A stretch of 56,685 nucleotides of DNA, filler included, from Bipalium vagum (taxonomy: Eukaryota): NCBI GenBank assembly GCA_037834085.1. It is 3 parts of 3 records of this genome, joined end to end, with 100 filler letters (N's around TTAATTAATTAA, not from the genome) between each part and the next. Parts side by side here need not be neighbours in the genome. Positions count along the whole stretch, not along the records: positions 1 to 17,774 come from JBBMKC010052082.1; positions 17,875 to 38,820 come from JBBMKC010241951.1; 1 more part is not named here. One strand, 5' to 3'. Of the stretch, positions 13,653 through 27,945 are shown in pieces. The translations under genes and the position numbers were made by a program. The notes under the pieces were generated by a model. It was not told the DNA's origin. It saw only the letters and a program-made list of their open reading frames with translations, and did no database searches. Numbering within the stretch: position 1 is the stretch's first letter; each line of letters starts with the position of its first letter.

Positions 13653-14319
13653 AAAAAATAGATCAATATTTTCAATTTTTTATTAAAACTCTCAGTAAGC
13701 TTTTATTATATTGAAAGTGTAACTTGACACCCCAATAAAAAAATAAATACCAGTTTAACTTATTAAATATAAAATGAAAGCAAATACATTGGTTGTTTTT
13801 TCACAATATCCATTCTATTATTAATACTTACAAATGCAACCAACTTTTAAAAAAAGGTTATGAAAAATAAAATAAAAATGTTCTGGATTTATTTTAGCAA
13901 CATTTAACGGTTATTGACTTTCAATTATTAAGGTTTCTAGACTTCAAAGCTTGTGTGTTTAAATGAATTTTTTCTGACAAACGAAAATATAAAAAGATTT
14001 ATTATACTGCAATACCACATTTTCAAAAGTGGTATTTGTAAAAATTTATATTTAAATTGAAATATTTCTGATAAAATGTCTGAGTTTTTTATTTCTAATT
14101 TTCTCTGTCAGATAAAATAGTTAATAATCTGCAAATTGCTAATAAAAATTTGTTCTATTAAAATTTTAAATCAGAACTTTATAAATATTTATAAATTTAA
14201 TAAATTGGTATTATCTGAAGACAGAAATTCAGAGAAATAGATTACCCAGTATATTATTATATCAAAATATCTCTGAATATATAAATAGTAAAATAATTAT
14301 TTTACTAGCAATAATAACT

Positions 14320-14470
14320 GAGGAGGAAAAAAGAGTCAGGAAATTGTCAAGCTATTACCACTCAGAAATAGAAAATTTAAAAGCACTCAAAATGGTTGAC
14401 TGAAAGATATATATAAGATAAAGGAAAATCGTCCGTAAGTCACAGTGAGGTAGCTGAGATTTGTAAGAAA
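14320..14470 (+). mobile_element. Possible pogo/Tigger CENP-B HTH remnant
   Basis: KFKSTQNG*LK resembles FKASNGWL; heavily decayed. Confidence 0.3.
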
Positions 14471-15394
14471 TGATTTTATATTTCTAACAAGAATCATTAG
14501 AACATAATGAACCTAGTAAAAATGTTAGAATCAAATTTATTTCAAGCATTATATTGTAATATATTGTACGTCTGTATTAAAGTAGAGGGAAGAGACGATT
14601 GGCATTGAATAGCAATGTGTACTTAACCTCACACGGTCAATAAATAAGATATAGCGCAAATGTAATTAAAATGAATTACAGAAAACATGGATAAAAAATA
14701 ATAGTAACCTTAGAAATCACTACAACATAAATCAAGACAAACTAAAACAAATTAAAGCTGTTTAAGGAACCACTAAAGGTACTTCAGAAGCTGTCCATTA
14801 TCAAAACTTACAATTGTAATTTTTAAAATAGTGGTAATTAGTTTTATTACGTATAATGGGTTTTAATATCTCTTGTTTAATTCTTACTTATGTTCCGTGT
14901 TTATAATAAAATAATAAAAGAAAAATAACAAAGTAAACACCATAGTTTCGACTCGGTCAATAATCGAATTAAATTTCCTGACTTCCGATCTTGTTTTATT
15001 TTTAATCTAGGTCATAATTAGTGAATATAAAGTAATACTATTACTCAATATTTTTATGTATAAATTAAAAATTTTATATTTTGTGATCTTCGATTTATTA
15101 GGTATAAGCAAAGGTATTATATATTTCTTGTTTAGTTTTCTAAAAACAATATACTAGATGAAATTTACATCACATCAAAGTTGAAACATTTCGAGTTATT
15201 TCTCTCAGGCTTATATATGCTGAATTGAATTATCCAAATGAAAATGGTATTAAATGTTCAAATATATTTTAAAGCGTTCTTATTAAATGTAATCTTGAAT
15301 ATTCATTTTTTTAAAAAAAATTTTATTTGAAGCATTTTATCGGTTTGTTTAGTTAATCTATATCTAAACTTAATATTTAAGATCTAGAAACTGT

Positions 15395-15960
15395 GAATGA
15401 CTAAATCTTTATTCGGTGCTGCATTCGCAATGAATTTCATCAGGGAAAATCAGTTGAAACTGTTTATGCATTGATATGTTCCGTACTTGGAGATAATGTT
15501 GTTTCCAGAAGTCCTTGTGAAGTTTAATCTCGCAAATTTCGGGTAGGAAATTTAGACACGAACAATTATGAGCGTGTTGAAGCACCTTCTGAGGTCAAAT
15601 CTATAGATTCTCAAGTTTTTATAGATATAAATTTATTATATATGCAATAAAAACACTGAAAACATTGATGTAACTCAAACAATGATTTCCAATCAATTGT
15701 GTGCCATAAGAAAAATTTTAAAAATTAGAAAGTGGATATCGCATACATTTAGTCGGAAAATAAAGATTACAGTATCACCATGTGTTCTGATCTCCTTAAT
15801 AAACAGAATGTACATCAAAACGCCGAGTTTATTGCAGAAATGGTTATTTTGTGAAGGTAGTAGAATAACAAGGACGTCCTGTATGATGAACTACGCCAAC
15901 CTGATGACCTTTATAAAGACCAGTTAACACGGATTGAATGTAAGCAGGACTGGTATCCAG
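15395..15960 (+). mobile_element. Decayed mariner transposase, 5' half
   Basis: FIRCCIRNEFHQGKSVETVYALICSVLGDNVVSRSPCEV*SRKFRVGNLD, followed by KWISHTF (cf. WVPHEL). Confidence 0.8.
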
Positions 15961-16050
15961 TAAATTGCTTCATGATGAAGTTAGACATTACATCACAAGA
16001 TTAGTCAAGGATATATTACTAAAACTTAAGTTTTGCAACATCCGGCATAT

Positions 16051-16790
16051 ATTTGGTTGTCCGGAAAGTTCATTCCGAATTTTAATTACAAATTAAAACG
16101 TAAGGCAATGAAATTTTAAATACATTTATTAAAATACAATTGTTCCATCAGGCAAGTTGAATATTCCATCCTTCCTTAATTTGTTAGATTTTTCATCGAA
16201 AGAATTATCCAAGAGATTGTTGATATCGTCCAAGGAGATAAAGTTTTTTCCATTAAGTGAATTTTGCAATGACCTGAATAAATGGAAATCGGTGGGTGCA
16301 AGGTCTGGTGAATATGGCGGATGAAGTAGCATTTCCCACCCAGATATAAACACTTTCTTGGTGGTGAAAGACATGTGGGGACTCGCATTATCTTGATGAA
16401 ACACCAGTGCTGGGCGTTTTCTTTCAAGTTGTTTGTTATAATTCGTCCAACTGCGAGCCATAGTTTTCAGAAAATTTTTTTCCGTTGGACATTATTATAA
16501 ATGATCCATTTCTCATCTCATGCCATCAATTGCTTCAAAAATGGTGTTACCTTGTTGCGCTTATAATTTAAGTCGCAGACGTTAATGCGATTCATTAGGT
16601 TATTTTCACTTAGAACATATGGAATCCATTTTAAACGATTAATAAAACTAAGCTTCAAAAAATTCTCATGTATGGTGGATTTTGGGATACATAATATCTC
16701 TTCTAATTCCCGTGTGGTATGGCGTGAAATTTTCTCAAGAAGCGCGGTAATTAATACATCTTCAATATGTAATGTTTGTTCTGATTGTAA
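16051..16790 (-). mobile_element. Decayed mariner (DD34D), 3' part with TIR
   Basis: ORF 16129-16461: HQDNASPH..WEMLLHPPYSPDLAPTDFHLFRSLQNSLNGK. TIR-like TTTGGTTGTCCGGAAAGTTC at ~16052. Confidence 0.9.
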
Positions 16791-16916
16791 ATTTTTTTCT
16801 AATCTTGTAAATAATTTACTACTTCATCTTTTTTACATAAAGGAAAACAACCATGTCCTGAATAAATTAAAGGATGTAAAGGTGTCAGTTTAACATAATA
16901 ATAATAATTATTATTA

Positions 16917-17610
16917 CAGTAAAATCTCGTTACTATGCCACCCATCGGGACCGAGCAAAAGTGGCATAATAGCGAGGGTTTGTAAAAAAGACTATTTTTT
17001 AAAGTTACTATCAGGTCAATGCGCGCTGGGCTTCCTCGAAAGAAACAATTTCCTCCTCGACAGTTATTACTTTTATTATCTTTGTTTTCCACCGGTTCCT
17101 CGCTGCACAGTACCTCTTCCGCAATCTCTTCTAACTTAAATGATCCACCAGTCGCAAGGCGCTCGTCAGCATTAAGAAAATCCAACAACTCAATCTATTC
17201 GTTTTCATGCATTTTTTCTTCTGCCGGCAGAGATTCCCAAATCTCGAGCAGCTCAGTATCCTCTGGCTCAGTTTGGATTTCTGCTTTACAGAACTTGGCC
17301 TTTGCAAAACAGTTCCTAATTTCCAATTTGGTGACTTGCTCCCAATCACCTCGAATGACATGTAGAGCGTCAAGCAATGTAAACTTAAACTCCTTTCCTT
17401 CATTCATTGCTTCAAGTCGACGACACAGCAAAAGCTTTTTGTAGTTACGTTTGAGAATCTCTATAATTCCCTAATCCATTGGTTGAGAATTGGCTGTTAT
17501 GTTGGGTGGGAAAAAAACTTGTTGGATGTTTTTCAGCTGAAGCTCTTGAGGGTGACCAGAAAAGTTATCAAGGCAAATCAATACTTTACGACCTTGTTGG
17601 CCAAGTCGTC
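16917..17610 (-). mobile_element. pogo/Tigger (DDE_1) transposon, 3' part
   Basis: LDNFSGH..FFPPNITANSQPMD*GII..LLDALHVIRGDWEQVTKLEIRNCFAKAKF. Terminus TA|CAGTAAAATCTCG with a subterminal palindrome (CTCGTTACTATGCCAC..GTGGCATAATAGCGAG). Confidence 0.9.
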
Positions 17611-17774
17611 TGTAAATTTGAAAAAAATGAATTAAATTTGAAAAAAAGAATTTAAAAAATTGAATTAATCAGTTAACTGCGGAGTTTATTTTTGAAGGGT
17701 TTTTTAAAAATGCATAATTAGACAAAGCAATGACTGATATGCACATTTTTAGTAGTAAAATATAATTTAAATTA

Positions 17775-17874
17775 NNNNNNNNNNNNNNNNNNNNNNNNNN
17801 NNNNNNNNNNNNNNNNNNTTAATTAATTAANNNNNNNNNNNNNNNNNNNNNNNNNNNNNNNNNNNNNNNNNNNN
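17775..17874. other. Artificial contig-joining spacer
   Basis: N44 + TTAATTAATTAA (stops in all six frames) + N44, 100 nt in total. Confidence 0.95.

Positions 17875-17943
<69 letters not shown>
17875..17943. repeat. (TAT)n microsatellite at contig edge
   Basis: Perfect trinucleotide run. Confidence 0.95.
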
Positions 17944-17944
<1 letters not shown>

Positions 17945-19421
17945 AATATTTCATTTCTGAACCTTTTGCTGTCTTCCTAATTAATTTATTAATATAATAA
18001 ATATACTAGATCCTTTAATGGTCTTCAAAAGATAAACTAAAAGGGTGCGCCCTTGGCTAAACCAACATATTGAATGGCTTGCAGTTAGACAGCGTTGTAT
18101 CAGTAGTATTTTGTCTTTGAAGAAATCAATGGTAGTTGAGTTGAATATAAAAGTAGTCAGAAAAGCAGAATAACTCAATCTTTTGTTTAAAGTTTTCAAA
18201 GATTATGGAAATCGTACTAAGATTGACAATTCATAAAATAGGCAACTTATCGATTTATTGAATATACTGAAAAAGTAATGTTTTCCCTTGTAAGCTTTTA
18301 AAATTTGGTAAAAATAAAAAACATAAAATTAGATTTAAGAATAAACAGTATTATATAACTAAAATAAAATTTACCAGAAATTCGTATTAGTTTATATATT
18401 TTGTTGAAGATGGATTGAATTTTAAATAAATATTCTTGAACAGCTGAATGGCCCATGTTTATGATTGAGACATGAGATAATTTTCTTGAAAATCAGTTTC
18501 AAAATTTTTAAAGTGATATTTTTTCATGATTTTTTCGCAAAAATTCGGAAGGTCCGTAAATATTGATGATCTAGATCAGATGTCAACAGAGTGGAGACGA
18601 GTTTATCATAAACCCATTTGATTTCTTATTTTCTGACAAGGAATCAGAAATTTTATTTATAACATAAAAATCTTTGATGGAAAATTTTGTATAAAGTCAC
18701 GTATATGAGACAGGGATAAAAGAATTAATTAAAAAGAATAAAATGGGAGGAAAATAGAGACGTAATTAAAAGAAAATGGAATAAAAAGTGACCCACATAA
18801 GAAATATACATCACAAAGATATTTAAAAATAAAAAATACATATAAAGATATCTAAGGGTTACCATCTTCCGATTAGACTAAGTAGTTAAATAAACTGAAA
18901 AAGATAAAAAGAAAACGTTATTTATTTTCTTAATTCATCTCCGACTGCTCAGACATGTCTTAAAACATTTCAATTATTTATTTGATTAATTAGTCCGAAT
19001 TTGACCCAGAAAATATTAATGTACACATTTAAACAAAAAATTGATTTAAATATTTTAACTCAACTGTCTAACGAAGTTATTTATTTTATCCTAAACATTG
19101 TAACATTCTGAAACATTTCTCATTTATTATCCCTCTATAAAATAAAGTTAATTTATTTTGTTTGAATGAACCTTAATTAAATATAACATAATAATATAAT
19201 TTACGATCATGTTTTCGCTTTTCCATGTTGAGATATATTCATTTTGGATTCTTAAAGATTTCTACTCACCGAATTATTGGTTCATTAATTACAATAAATT
19301 AATATTAATTGGATGTAATTATTTTGTTCCGAAAACAGTTTGAGATTTTATTATTGAAACAAAAATATGTCGGACATGATAAATATATATATAATTTATA
19401 TAAATATTTGCCAACTAAAGT

Positions 19422-19600
19422 ATTGGGTGATCCGGAAAGTTTTTTCGTTTGTTTAAAATGATATGCAAAAGTTCCGAATTTTTAAAATACATTTATTAAA
19501 TCCAAAATATAAATACCTCTTTCCATCTATTTGGAGGAGAAAATATTCCGGATTTCCAAAAATCCTTTTTCCTGGAATTTAAAAATTCTTCCAGAAAAAC
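19422..19600 (-). mobile_element. Mariner terminal fragment
   Basis: TA-TTGGGTGATCCGGAAAGTT, similar to the TIR at 16052. Confidence 0.5.
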
Positions 19601-19699
19601 ATAATTTTACCTTTTATTTAATTTGTGATTAATTTTCTAAAAAAAATTATATCTAGGTTTTGTTTTGTTTTAATTGTCGCATTTTATGAATATTTTCTG

Positions 19700-20110
19700 A
19701 CCACCATGAGATGTTGCATATATCTGCCATATTCACATTACAATCTACGTGGAGACCTATCGATCAAGTGGCTAAAGGTTTCGATCCGGAGACCGGCAAC
19801 GACGGTCTTAGAGGAAAAAGTCTTGTCGGAATAACACCGGGATTCCCTATCTATCATACCAGGAACATCAATTTATGACAAATGCAGCTGCAATGATACG
19901 ATATGACTGCTTAAAGTTTTCGAACATCATAAAACCGCGCGGTCAATTAAATGTATATTAACTGTCTAGACAAGTCGTAGTAGAGTGTCTGCATAGAACG
20001 TCAAAGTCTCAAGATTTTGAGAATTAAAAAGAACTCATACATGCGATAGTTAAATCATATCTCAACCGATATATAAACAAGGTGTTTGATTAATGACTTC
20101 ACAATGTTAA
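19700..20110 (+). mobile_element. Possible R4/Dong-like RLE retrotransposon C-terminal remnant
   Basis: GC-richer island with degraded motifs in order: DLSIKWLK..PET, IYDKCSC.DTI (CCHC-like), HISTDI and CLINDFT (PD..D endonuclease-like). Confidence 0.35.
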
Positions 20111-20192
20111 CCTTTGTAAATATGACAATTCCAAAACCGACAATCTATGTTTATTATGTTTATCTATATTGCTGAAAATGAAAGAGTACAAC

Positions 20193-20340
20193 GTTATAAA
20201 GTGTGTTCAACATGATGTCCATCATTAATCTGTTGAAAGCAGGAACTGAGAAATAAGGTTTTACACCAAACCGTCAAAATTAATTCATTTATTTCTTGGC
20301 AGACGTCCACAATTCTTTGCTTCAACTCATCACTGCTGTA
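20193..20340 (-). mobile_element. IS630-Tc1-mariner (DD37D/DD41D-like) transposase C-terminal remnant
   Basis: Minus strand DELKQRIVDVCQEI..QQINDGHHVEHTL*. Confidence 0.55.
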
Positions 20341-21934
20341 TGTAGAGATTTGGTTCAAAAATGTAAAAATGTGGTTTTAATTTCTTTTGTAGTCCACATA
20401 ACTGAAACTTTTAAATTTATCTTTTTAATCTCTTTTAATTTCTTCCCAAATATATAATTTTTTCCAAATTAAAATAAAATTTCTACCACTATTTTTAAAA
20501 TGTTACCTCCTTGTCAGTTAAAATTGAATGTGATAATTCAGAATGAGAACAGGTGTTACATGAAAGTTTGATAGTCGTCACGAATATTTTTGAAAATAAA
20601 ATAAAAAATTATAATCGAAAGTCAAATTTTTCAGGTCAATAATAAAAAAAACTGAACGTGTGTGTTCAATAGTGAAAATAAAGGTACAAAAATTGATACC
20701 TATTTCATGAGCTTATAATCAATAGGTTTTTGGAGAAGACTTTCAAATATTTCGTACATTAAAATATATCTTCGTTGAAACTAGAAAAGTAACCCTTACA
20801 GTTGAACTCAGCTTAATTTATAACGTAATTTTCTTTAACTAATTAAAATTATCTTGAGGATCAGCAAACGCTCCTTAACATTACTTGACCTCTGACCATT
20901 TATACAAAACTACAATTACTTTGTAGAGATCAAACATGACGGTTGGAAATCATACTTAAACACTGACTCAATAAACTACGATCAAATAGATAAACGATCA
21001 AATAAAAATAAAAACCCACTAACTTTCTTTCAATTTTTAATAATTCTAAATCGTTTCTCTGCAGCACGAGAGATTCTAAGACATAATTAGACATTTTTTT
21101 TACAAAAAATGATTTTAAAAATTAAATTGTTAAGAAATTAAGTACATTTATTTTAATATTTTATGAAAAATCTTTTTTAATTCTTAAAATTAAAAAAATC
21201 TTAAATTAAAAGAAATTTAAAAAATATTTTTAAAAAATAATTTTGAAATTCGATAAATATTAAAAATTCTGTATTTATGATTTTATTGATTTAATGTAAA
21301 TTAAAATATAACCAATTAAACGTTCGAAGCCAGATAAACAGTGGAATGAACAGCAGACAAATATTCAAGCACCAGTGTAATTTATATCAAAATAAAGTAA
21401 AAGAAGCATAGATCGAAATATTATAACATAAATCACTTCTCTTTTATTATATCTCAAAATATCTGTCACTGTTGCCATACTTTTTTGCCTTTGAAAAAAA
21501 GGGGTACTGATTAAAATTGTTAATGATTTCACTTATTATAATATTTCCGGTGTCACAAGCATGTCTTGATTTTTCTCATCCAAAGAAAATGATCTTCTGT
21601 CTTTAAAGTACCCAATGTCACGATATATAGTTGTCAGTGAAGAGGAATTATCTTTAAGCCAATCTAATTCTTAAAAAATTGAAGTGGAGTTTAAATATCT
21701 CTGAAAAAGTAAAATTTAATAAAATATCTCTATTCTAATAATCAACGATTGAGTTTTCGAATTATATTAGGAGAAACTAAGTTTTCTCTTGGTTTTGGTC
21801 TTTAACTATTTTAATTTGCATTTTTAGGCAATACATAAGTTAGAAATTCAATTTTAATAAATTTATTAGTAAACGCAAATCTTCAGAATGAATATTTAGG
21901 GAAAATTATTTTAAAATCATTATTTTAAAATCAT

Positions 21935-22645
21935 AAAGGATGCCCAGGTCTTCCTTCTAAATTTGAAAAACATGATTTAAAAAATTTATTTGATCAAGAG
22001 GACTGTCAATCGCAAAATCAACTTACCATAAGATTAGGTGTTACCCCTCAAGCAATAAGCTCGCGCTTACATGATATGGGTAATATTTTAAGGGAAGGAA
22101 AATGGGTGCCTTATCAATTGAATGAAAGACAAGTAAAAACTGAAAAGTAATCAGTGACATGCTCTTACAACGGCACGAATGAAAGTCTTTCTTTCATCGA
22201 CTATTAACAGGAGATAAAATTTTATTTATTTTGAAAATCCAAAACAAACAGCATAACCAGACTGCTTCGGAATGAAAAAAATTACTCTACGTTTCAACAC
22301 TTCTCAAACTATGTGAAAGTGTTAATTCGGTCAGATACCAAAACCAAATAGCCCAGCTGAATCAATCTTTAATAGCTAAACGTCCAGAATGAGTCAATAA
22401 ATATGGTAAAGTAATTCTTCTACATGAAAACGCAAAGCCTCACACTTCTAAGGCACTTAAAAACATGTTAAAATATATGAAATGGGAAGCCTCACCCACC
22501 AGATCTTGCTCCTTTCGATTTTCACCTGCTCCGTTCAATTGCACATTGACTTGGTGAGGACCAATTCAAATCGTACGAAGATGTCCAAAATTAGGTCTCT
22601 GGATGGTTCGCCTTGAAACTAAAAAAGTTTTTTTTTGGATGGCAT
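21935..22645 (+). mobile_element. Decayed Mos1/mauritiana-like mariner
   Basis: PGLPSKFEKHDLKNLFDQEDCQSQNQL..GVTPQAISSRLHDMG..EGKWVPYQLNERQ; LLHENAKPH; DLAPFDFHLLRS. Confidence 0.85.
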
Positions 22646-23835
22646 GTAGTTATTAATTCCAAATTTTAATATCAACAGAAGTTATAATTGGACATTAAAG
22701 TTTTATTCTTGAATTGTTCGAATTCATTTAAAATTGTTTTTTAATAAGATTCTTTCAGGAGAAAAGGAATAAAAAAAATCTCATTTATCAAACTGGCATT
22801 AATCTTGATAATGAAAAGAAATCTACGAGATATTAAGAATATATTATTATGATATTCATTGAAAAATCATGAACCCATTTACAAAATCAGATATATTTTA
22901 ATAAATTTTTCATTAACAACAAAAAATATTTATTTGCTGTGTACATATGTACAAGGAGACTTAATTTTGTCACGATTTTATTTTCGCAGATATTTTATCG
23001 TTTAATAAATTTTTGAAGATATAAATATTATAAACATTCTGAAATTTTCCTTATGAAAAATTAGCATTTTTTTTATAAGATACATCAGAAAAAATTGTAG
23101 ATTACATTTTCGTGCGCTTTTTGCATTTTCACATTAAAGATGCAAAATTGAAATTTTAAATTAAATTTTGTTTAATGTTTCTCATTATTTTGTTTTGATA
23201 GATAAGACATTGTCGTTAATCATTAAAATATTTGATAAAATATTTATTTTTGTCTTCTTCACTGAACAATGTATTTATTCACATAATTTTTTTTTAATAA
23301 TTAATAAAGTAAAAATTATTATGAAAAAATATTAGTATGAAAATAATGAAAGAAAATGATTCCTTTTCACCTCTTTTCATTAATTAATTGAATATCATAA
23401 ATAATTAATTATTATTACAGACAAATTGAAAAATATAATGATACTCTGCTCACTTTGATTAATTACTGGTTAGTAATTTAATTCGACCATCGGTTATAAA
23501 CATTATAAAAATAATTATTCTCAATTATTAATATTTAATATTAATATTTTAAAATTTAGAAAATTATTAATAATATAATAATATATATATATATATATTA
23601 TTGTCTTTCAAATAATTAATTTTATAAAATTACTATTTTTTTTAATAAAGATGAATGCATCCATTTATTCAACATTACTGTCAAATCATGTTGTATGGTA
23701 AATCAAAAAAAAAATTTTTTTTGAGAACTGTATAATGATTGGTTAAAAAATCAGCCAATGAAAAAATTATTAATATTAAAATTATATGTATATATAAAAA
23801 ATTAAAATTAAAAAAAGTAAAATAATTCATTCGAA

Positions 23836-24306
23836 ATGGATTTTTACATCAGTTTTAATAATGAAAAACATTTAACAAAAATTGATTATATAGATTATTT
23901 ACAAAATATATTCCTGGATAAAAATACAAATATTTCAATGTACAAAATGGTATATAAGCAACTAATGAAATTAGTTCCTGTAGAGAATAATACATTGGAA
24001 TTTATTGAAATGATAACGAATTTGTATAATAATCGTCTGAGTGAAGAAAGATTTGATATGGAGATCAAGTATTTGATAAGCATTTGGATGCTCATTTTTG
24101 TGGTGGGTGTCGTTAGTAACATCTATGTCATTGCGGTTCTTAGCAAAGTCCGACAGAAGATTGTTTACGAGATCTTTTGCATAGGACTGGCAGTTACAGA
24201 CCTCAGTATATTATTCTTTGCTGTCCCCATAACCACTTTACATTATGGAATGAGAACGTGGATTTTTGGGGATGTTATTTGTAGAATGGTGAACTTTCTC
24301 GTTTAC
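23836..24306 (+). CDS. Class A neuropeptide GPCR (galanin/allatostatin-A-like), exon covering N-terminus to start of TM3
   Basis: TM1 IFVVGVVSNIYVI, TM2 LAVTDLSILFFAVPITT, ECL1-TM3 WIFGDVICRMVNFLVY, then a GTAAGT donor at 24307. No later exons were recognised before the gap at 38821. Confidence 0.85.
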
Positions 24307-24779
24307 GTAAGTTTCATCTGTAATTTATTGCATGTATACTATACTCCAAAGGTAAATATATTTATCCTACAAGAAATAAGTTTATACTATTGAATAATAA
24401 TAACAATGACGATAATAATATAATAATAAAAATAATAAAAATAAACGTTTAAAAGATTTTTTTTCAATTATAATTTTGATAAGTTTTTATATTATTTGTG
24501 ATAATGTTACCAAGAATTTAAACAAAAACGATAACAAGCATGATCTATGCTTTCAGTCAAATGACAAAAATTTATAAAGTCCTATTTTTTACTAAAGACA
24601 GACATATTCACAAAAAGTATACTAAGGACTTAAATATCTAGAATTTAAAATGAACAAAAATATTTAATATCCGAATTTCTTTAGAAAGAAATATAATTTT
24701 CACTAATAATATTAATTATTATATACTTAAAAATTATAATTTTATTATTTATCATAATTAATATTATATTATATTATTA

Positions 24780-25520
24780 TTGAGTTGTAAAGTTCAAAAT
24801 CCAACTAATACAATTTATTTAAAAAAAAAGAATTTTTAAATAGATAAAACAAGAAACTTAACAAAAGTAATTTCCATTGTTATCTATGATCTTTTGCCAC
24901 CTTATAGGTAAATCAATGATTCCTTCCTCATAAAAACTGGTGGACTTAGACATAAAGAAATTGTCCACAGCGTTTTTGATATCGACCTCTTTAGAAAATT
25001 CTTTTCCATTCAGATAATTTTGAAGAGACCTGAACAGATGATAATCTGAAGGCGCGATATCAGGTGAGTACGCCGGATGAGGAAGAACTTCCCATTCTAA
25101 TGCCTTTAATTTTTCCTGTACGATTTTTGAAATATGGGGTCTGGTATTGTCATGTTGAATGATGACATTCTTTCTGTTTATCAATCCTGGTCTGGATTTT
25201 TTAATTCCAACTCAAGTCTCCCTAATTGATCACGATAAACGTGTCCTGTGATAGTTATGTTACATGGTAAAAGATCGTAATATATTATTCCACGAAAATC
25301 CCACCAAACAGATATCATAATTCATGCCTAATTCATGAAGATGAGTGGCAATGGTAGTGTGGGAGACCTGAATGTGATCTCCCAAATGACGCCTTGTACA
25401 CATAAGATCTCCCTCGATAAGAGATAGAAGAACATTGTTATCCAAATTTGATGAACTTCCTCCTCTTCTTTCGGAAATATCAAAATTTCCGCCTTTAAAT
25501 CTTCTAAACCATAATTATAG
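24780..25520 (-). mobile_element. Internally deleted mariner, same family as 54475-55664
   Basis: ORF 24858-25184: QHDNTRPH..WEVLPHPAYSPDIAPSDYHLFRSLQN. TIR TTGAGTTGTAAAGTTCAAAATCCAAC matches TTAGGTTGTAACATTCAAAATCCAAC at ~54475. Confidence 0.92.
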
Positions 25521-27719
25521 TTAATTGTGAGCTCAATAAATCATTTTAACACAAATTTATTGTGTCAACCCAATGAAATTGTACAGCTACACTATCCAGA
25601 ATTTCGATTATAAAAATATCATGGATACCTTGATATAAAATCTATTTAATTTGGTCTATTTTAAATGCTTATTTTATATTTTATAATATAGCTGCATTTT
25701 TCAATTAGCATTAGTGTGACGGTAATTTTCCTTTAATTTTTAGATAATTATTTTCGCACTTCTTTTAATAAAAGTAAAATAATAAAATTATAAATTTAAT
25801 TATGAAAACGAGAACACCGTTAATGGAATAAAATTTATTAACGGAAATTTTAAAATTAATTTTCAATGATTAAAATCATAAAAATATTTCAGTTTTCTTC
25901 TTTTGAAGTAAATAAGTGTATTTTATGCAGAAAAAGATGAGGAGAAAGATAGATTTTCTTTTAGGGAAGTCAATAATTAATTCTTTAATTATGTTTTACA
26001 AAATAACAATCATGTTTATTGAGAATTTGAGGATAAATAAAATTTCAATTAAATTAACTAAAGAAGAAGAAAATTTGTAAATAAATAAATAAATAAATAC
26101 TTATGATGAAAATAATATAAAATTTTCAATATTTAAATCATTAATTTTAATATTAAATAATATTAAAAGATTATCTTGAGATAGGTTATGTAGAAGTAGA
26201 AAAAAGTAAAAAAAACCATGATTAAAATTTTATTTTCTGACAATTCCCGCAAGAATATGACATTTTCATGATTTAAATTCAATTGATAAATTTTGTTTTA
26301 ATTATCAATAAATACATAAAGGAACATTTTTTCTTCAAAATTAAATTTGAGTCTCAACACGTGGTCAATAAATTAATATTTGATCTTTTGTTTTTCTTTA
26401 TTTTTTCAAAACTTATTCTTTTAATTGTTTTTATATTTTCTGTAAGTATATATCCTTTTTAAAAAAATATTTTTCTTCTATCAAATATATTTGAAATATT
26501 TTATTAAAATCTACAACAAAAAAAAAAATAAAAAAAAAAAAAATAAAAAATAATATTGAAAATAAATTTCTTTTATATTTTACAAAATATCTATTTAAAT
26601 GTTTATTTATTTTTTATAAATAATAAAATATATTTTACATAAAAAAGTTATTTTAATTGAATGAAGAAAATTAATATTTAAAAATATTGAATAAATCTAA
26701 ACTCTTTTCCCGCTAAGTATAACTTAAATAAATTAAATAAACTAATCATTTTTAATTATCGTCATCACTTCTGATCGACACAATTTTCATTATTAAACAC
26801 ATCGCATTGTGAATAACAAGGTTTTGATAATAAATTAAAGGTTTTAAAACGAATCTTTCTATATCTTTCCCCAGACTCTCGGGAAAATTTATTATCTTTT
26901 TTTCCAATATTTTGTTTTCGAAGAATGTCATTTTTATCAAACTTGATAAGTGATAAGACAGAAAAAGTGTTTCATTAATTATCGGCAATTTTCTAAATAA
27001 GTACAATATATAAGTAAGAATTTATAAAATATGTGTGAGTATATTGTTTTCCGAAAATAATAAATAATATATTTAATTTTCAAAGGAGAACTTTTCCATA
27101 AATTGAAGTTTCATTGAATCAATAGAAAATCGGACTTCACTTTTCCATAAGTTGTGACTTCACCCAATGTGGAATCGGATCACTTTCATTTAGGATAAAT
27201 CATTAAAATATCCGCCCTTTATAAATGCATTAAGTAGCTCTAAGTAAATTGTTCCTGTATATATTATCTATTAAGAAAAGATGAGAATAATAGGTTGGAA
27301 ATAATGGAAACTTATTTTAGTGATACTTAATTTTCTTCTTTTAATTTTCAAAGAAAATTATAACTATAATGATATTATTAATAATAATTATAAAAAAAGA
27401 GAAAATATAATAATGGTAAGGAAAAGTGTAAAAATGAGAAAGAAAATAATAAGAATTGTAAGGATCAAATTTAAAATAAATGTAAAAATTAAAATCTTTT
27501 TTTAATATTTATGAAATAATTAATAAAGTGTAATTGTAAATGTAAAATTACTGAATTTTAAAGTTAGACAATTTAAAACAAATTAAATTAAATTAAAACA
27601 AAACTTATGGCTTTTTAAATGACGCACAAGTTATGCAAGAAATAAATTTAAAAATATAGATCTAACAGAAATATTTATTGTTGAACAACAGAAAAAAATA
27701 ACATCGGGTTAAAGTAGAT

Positions 27720-27945
27720 CCTAGAGCAAATTTCGAATTGTATCGCCTTTAATCTGCATAACTCATTCAAATCTGTTTGGTAGACTGATTCTTTACCTTT
27801 TCATCTTGATTGATATTTCCTATCACTTCAACTATTCAAAACTTCAGTTTGTCAAAGTCTCTTGGTGTAAAATTATGATAAACTTTGTCTTTCAAAATAC
27901 TCCAAAATACTTGTCCAGTGGAGTTAGGTCTGGCTACTCATTGAT
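27720..27945 (-). mobile_element. DD37D/DD41D-like transposase 3' remnant
   Basis: PDLTPLD..FWSILKDKVYHN..SLPNRFE. Confidence 0.65.

Noticed and set aside
17819-17830. Palindromic TTAATTAATTAA repeated exactly at 38865-38876
   Set aside because: It is embedded in N44 blocks and is a six-frame-stop assembly linker, not biology.
24307-24393. C-terminal 28 aa of the 185-aa GPCR ORF
   Set aside because: Read-through past a GTAAGT donor into intron.
26752-27505. Short I/K/N/F-rich ORFs (also at 6824, 10579, 12928, 52117)
   Set aside because: Expected by chance in very AT-rich DNA, with no recognisable domains.
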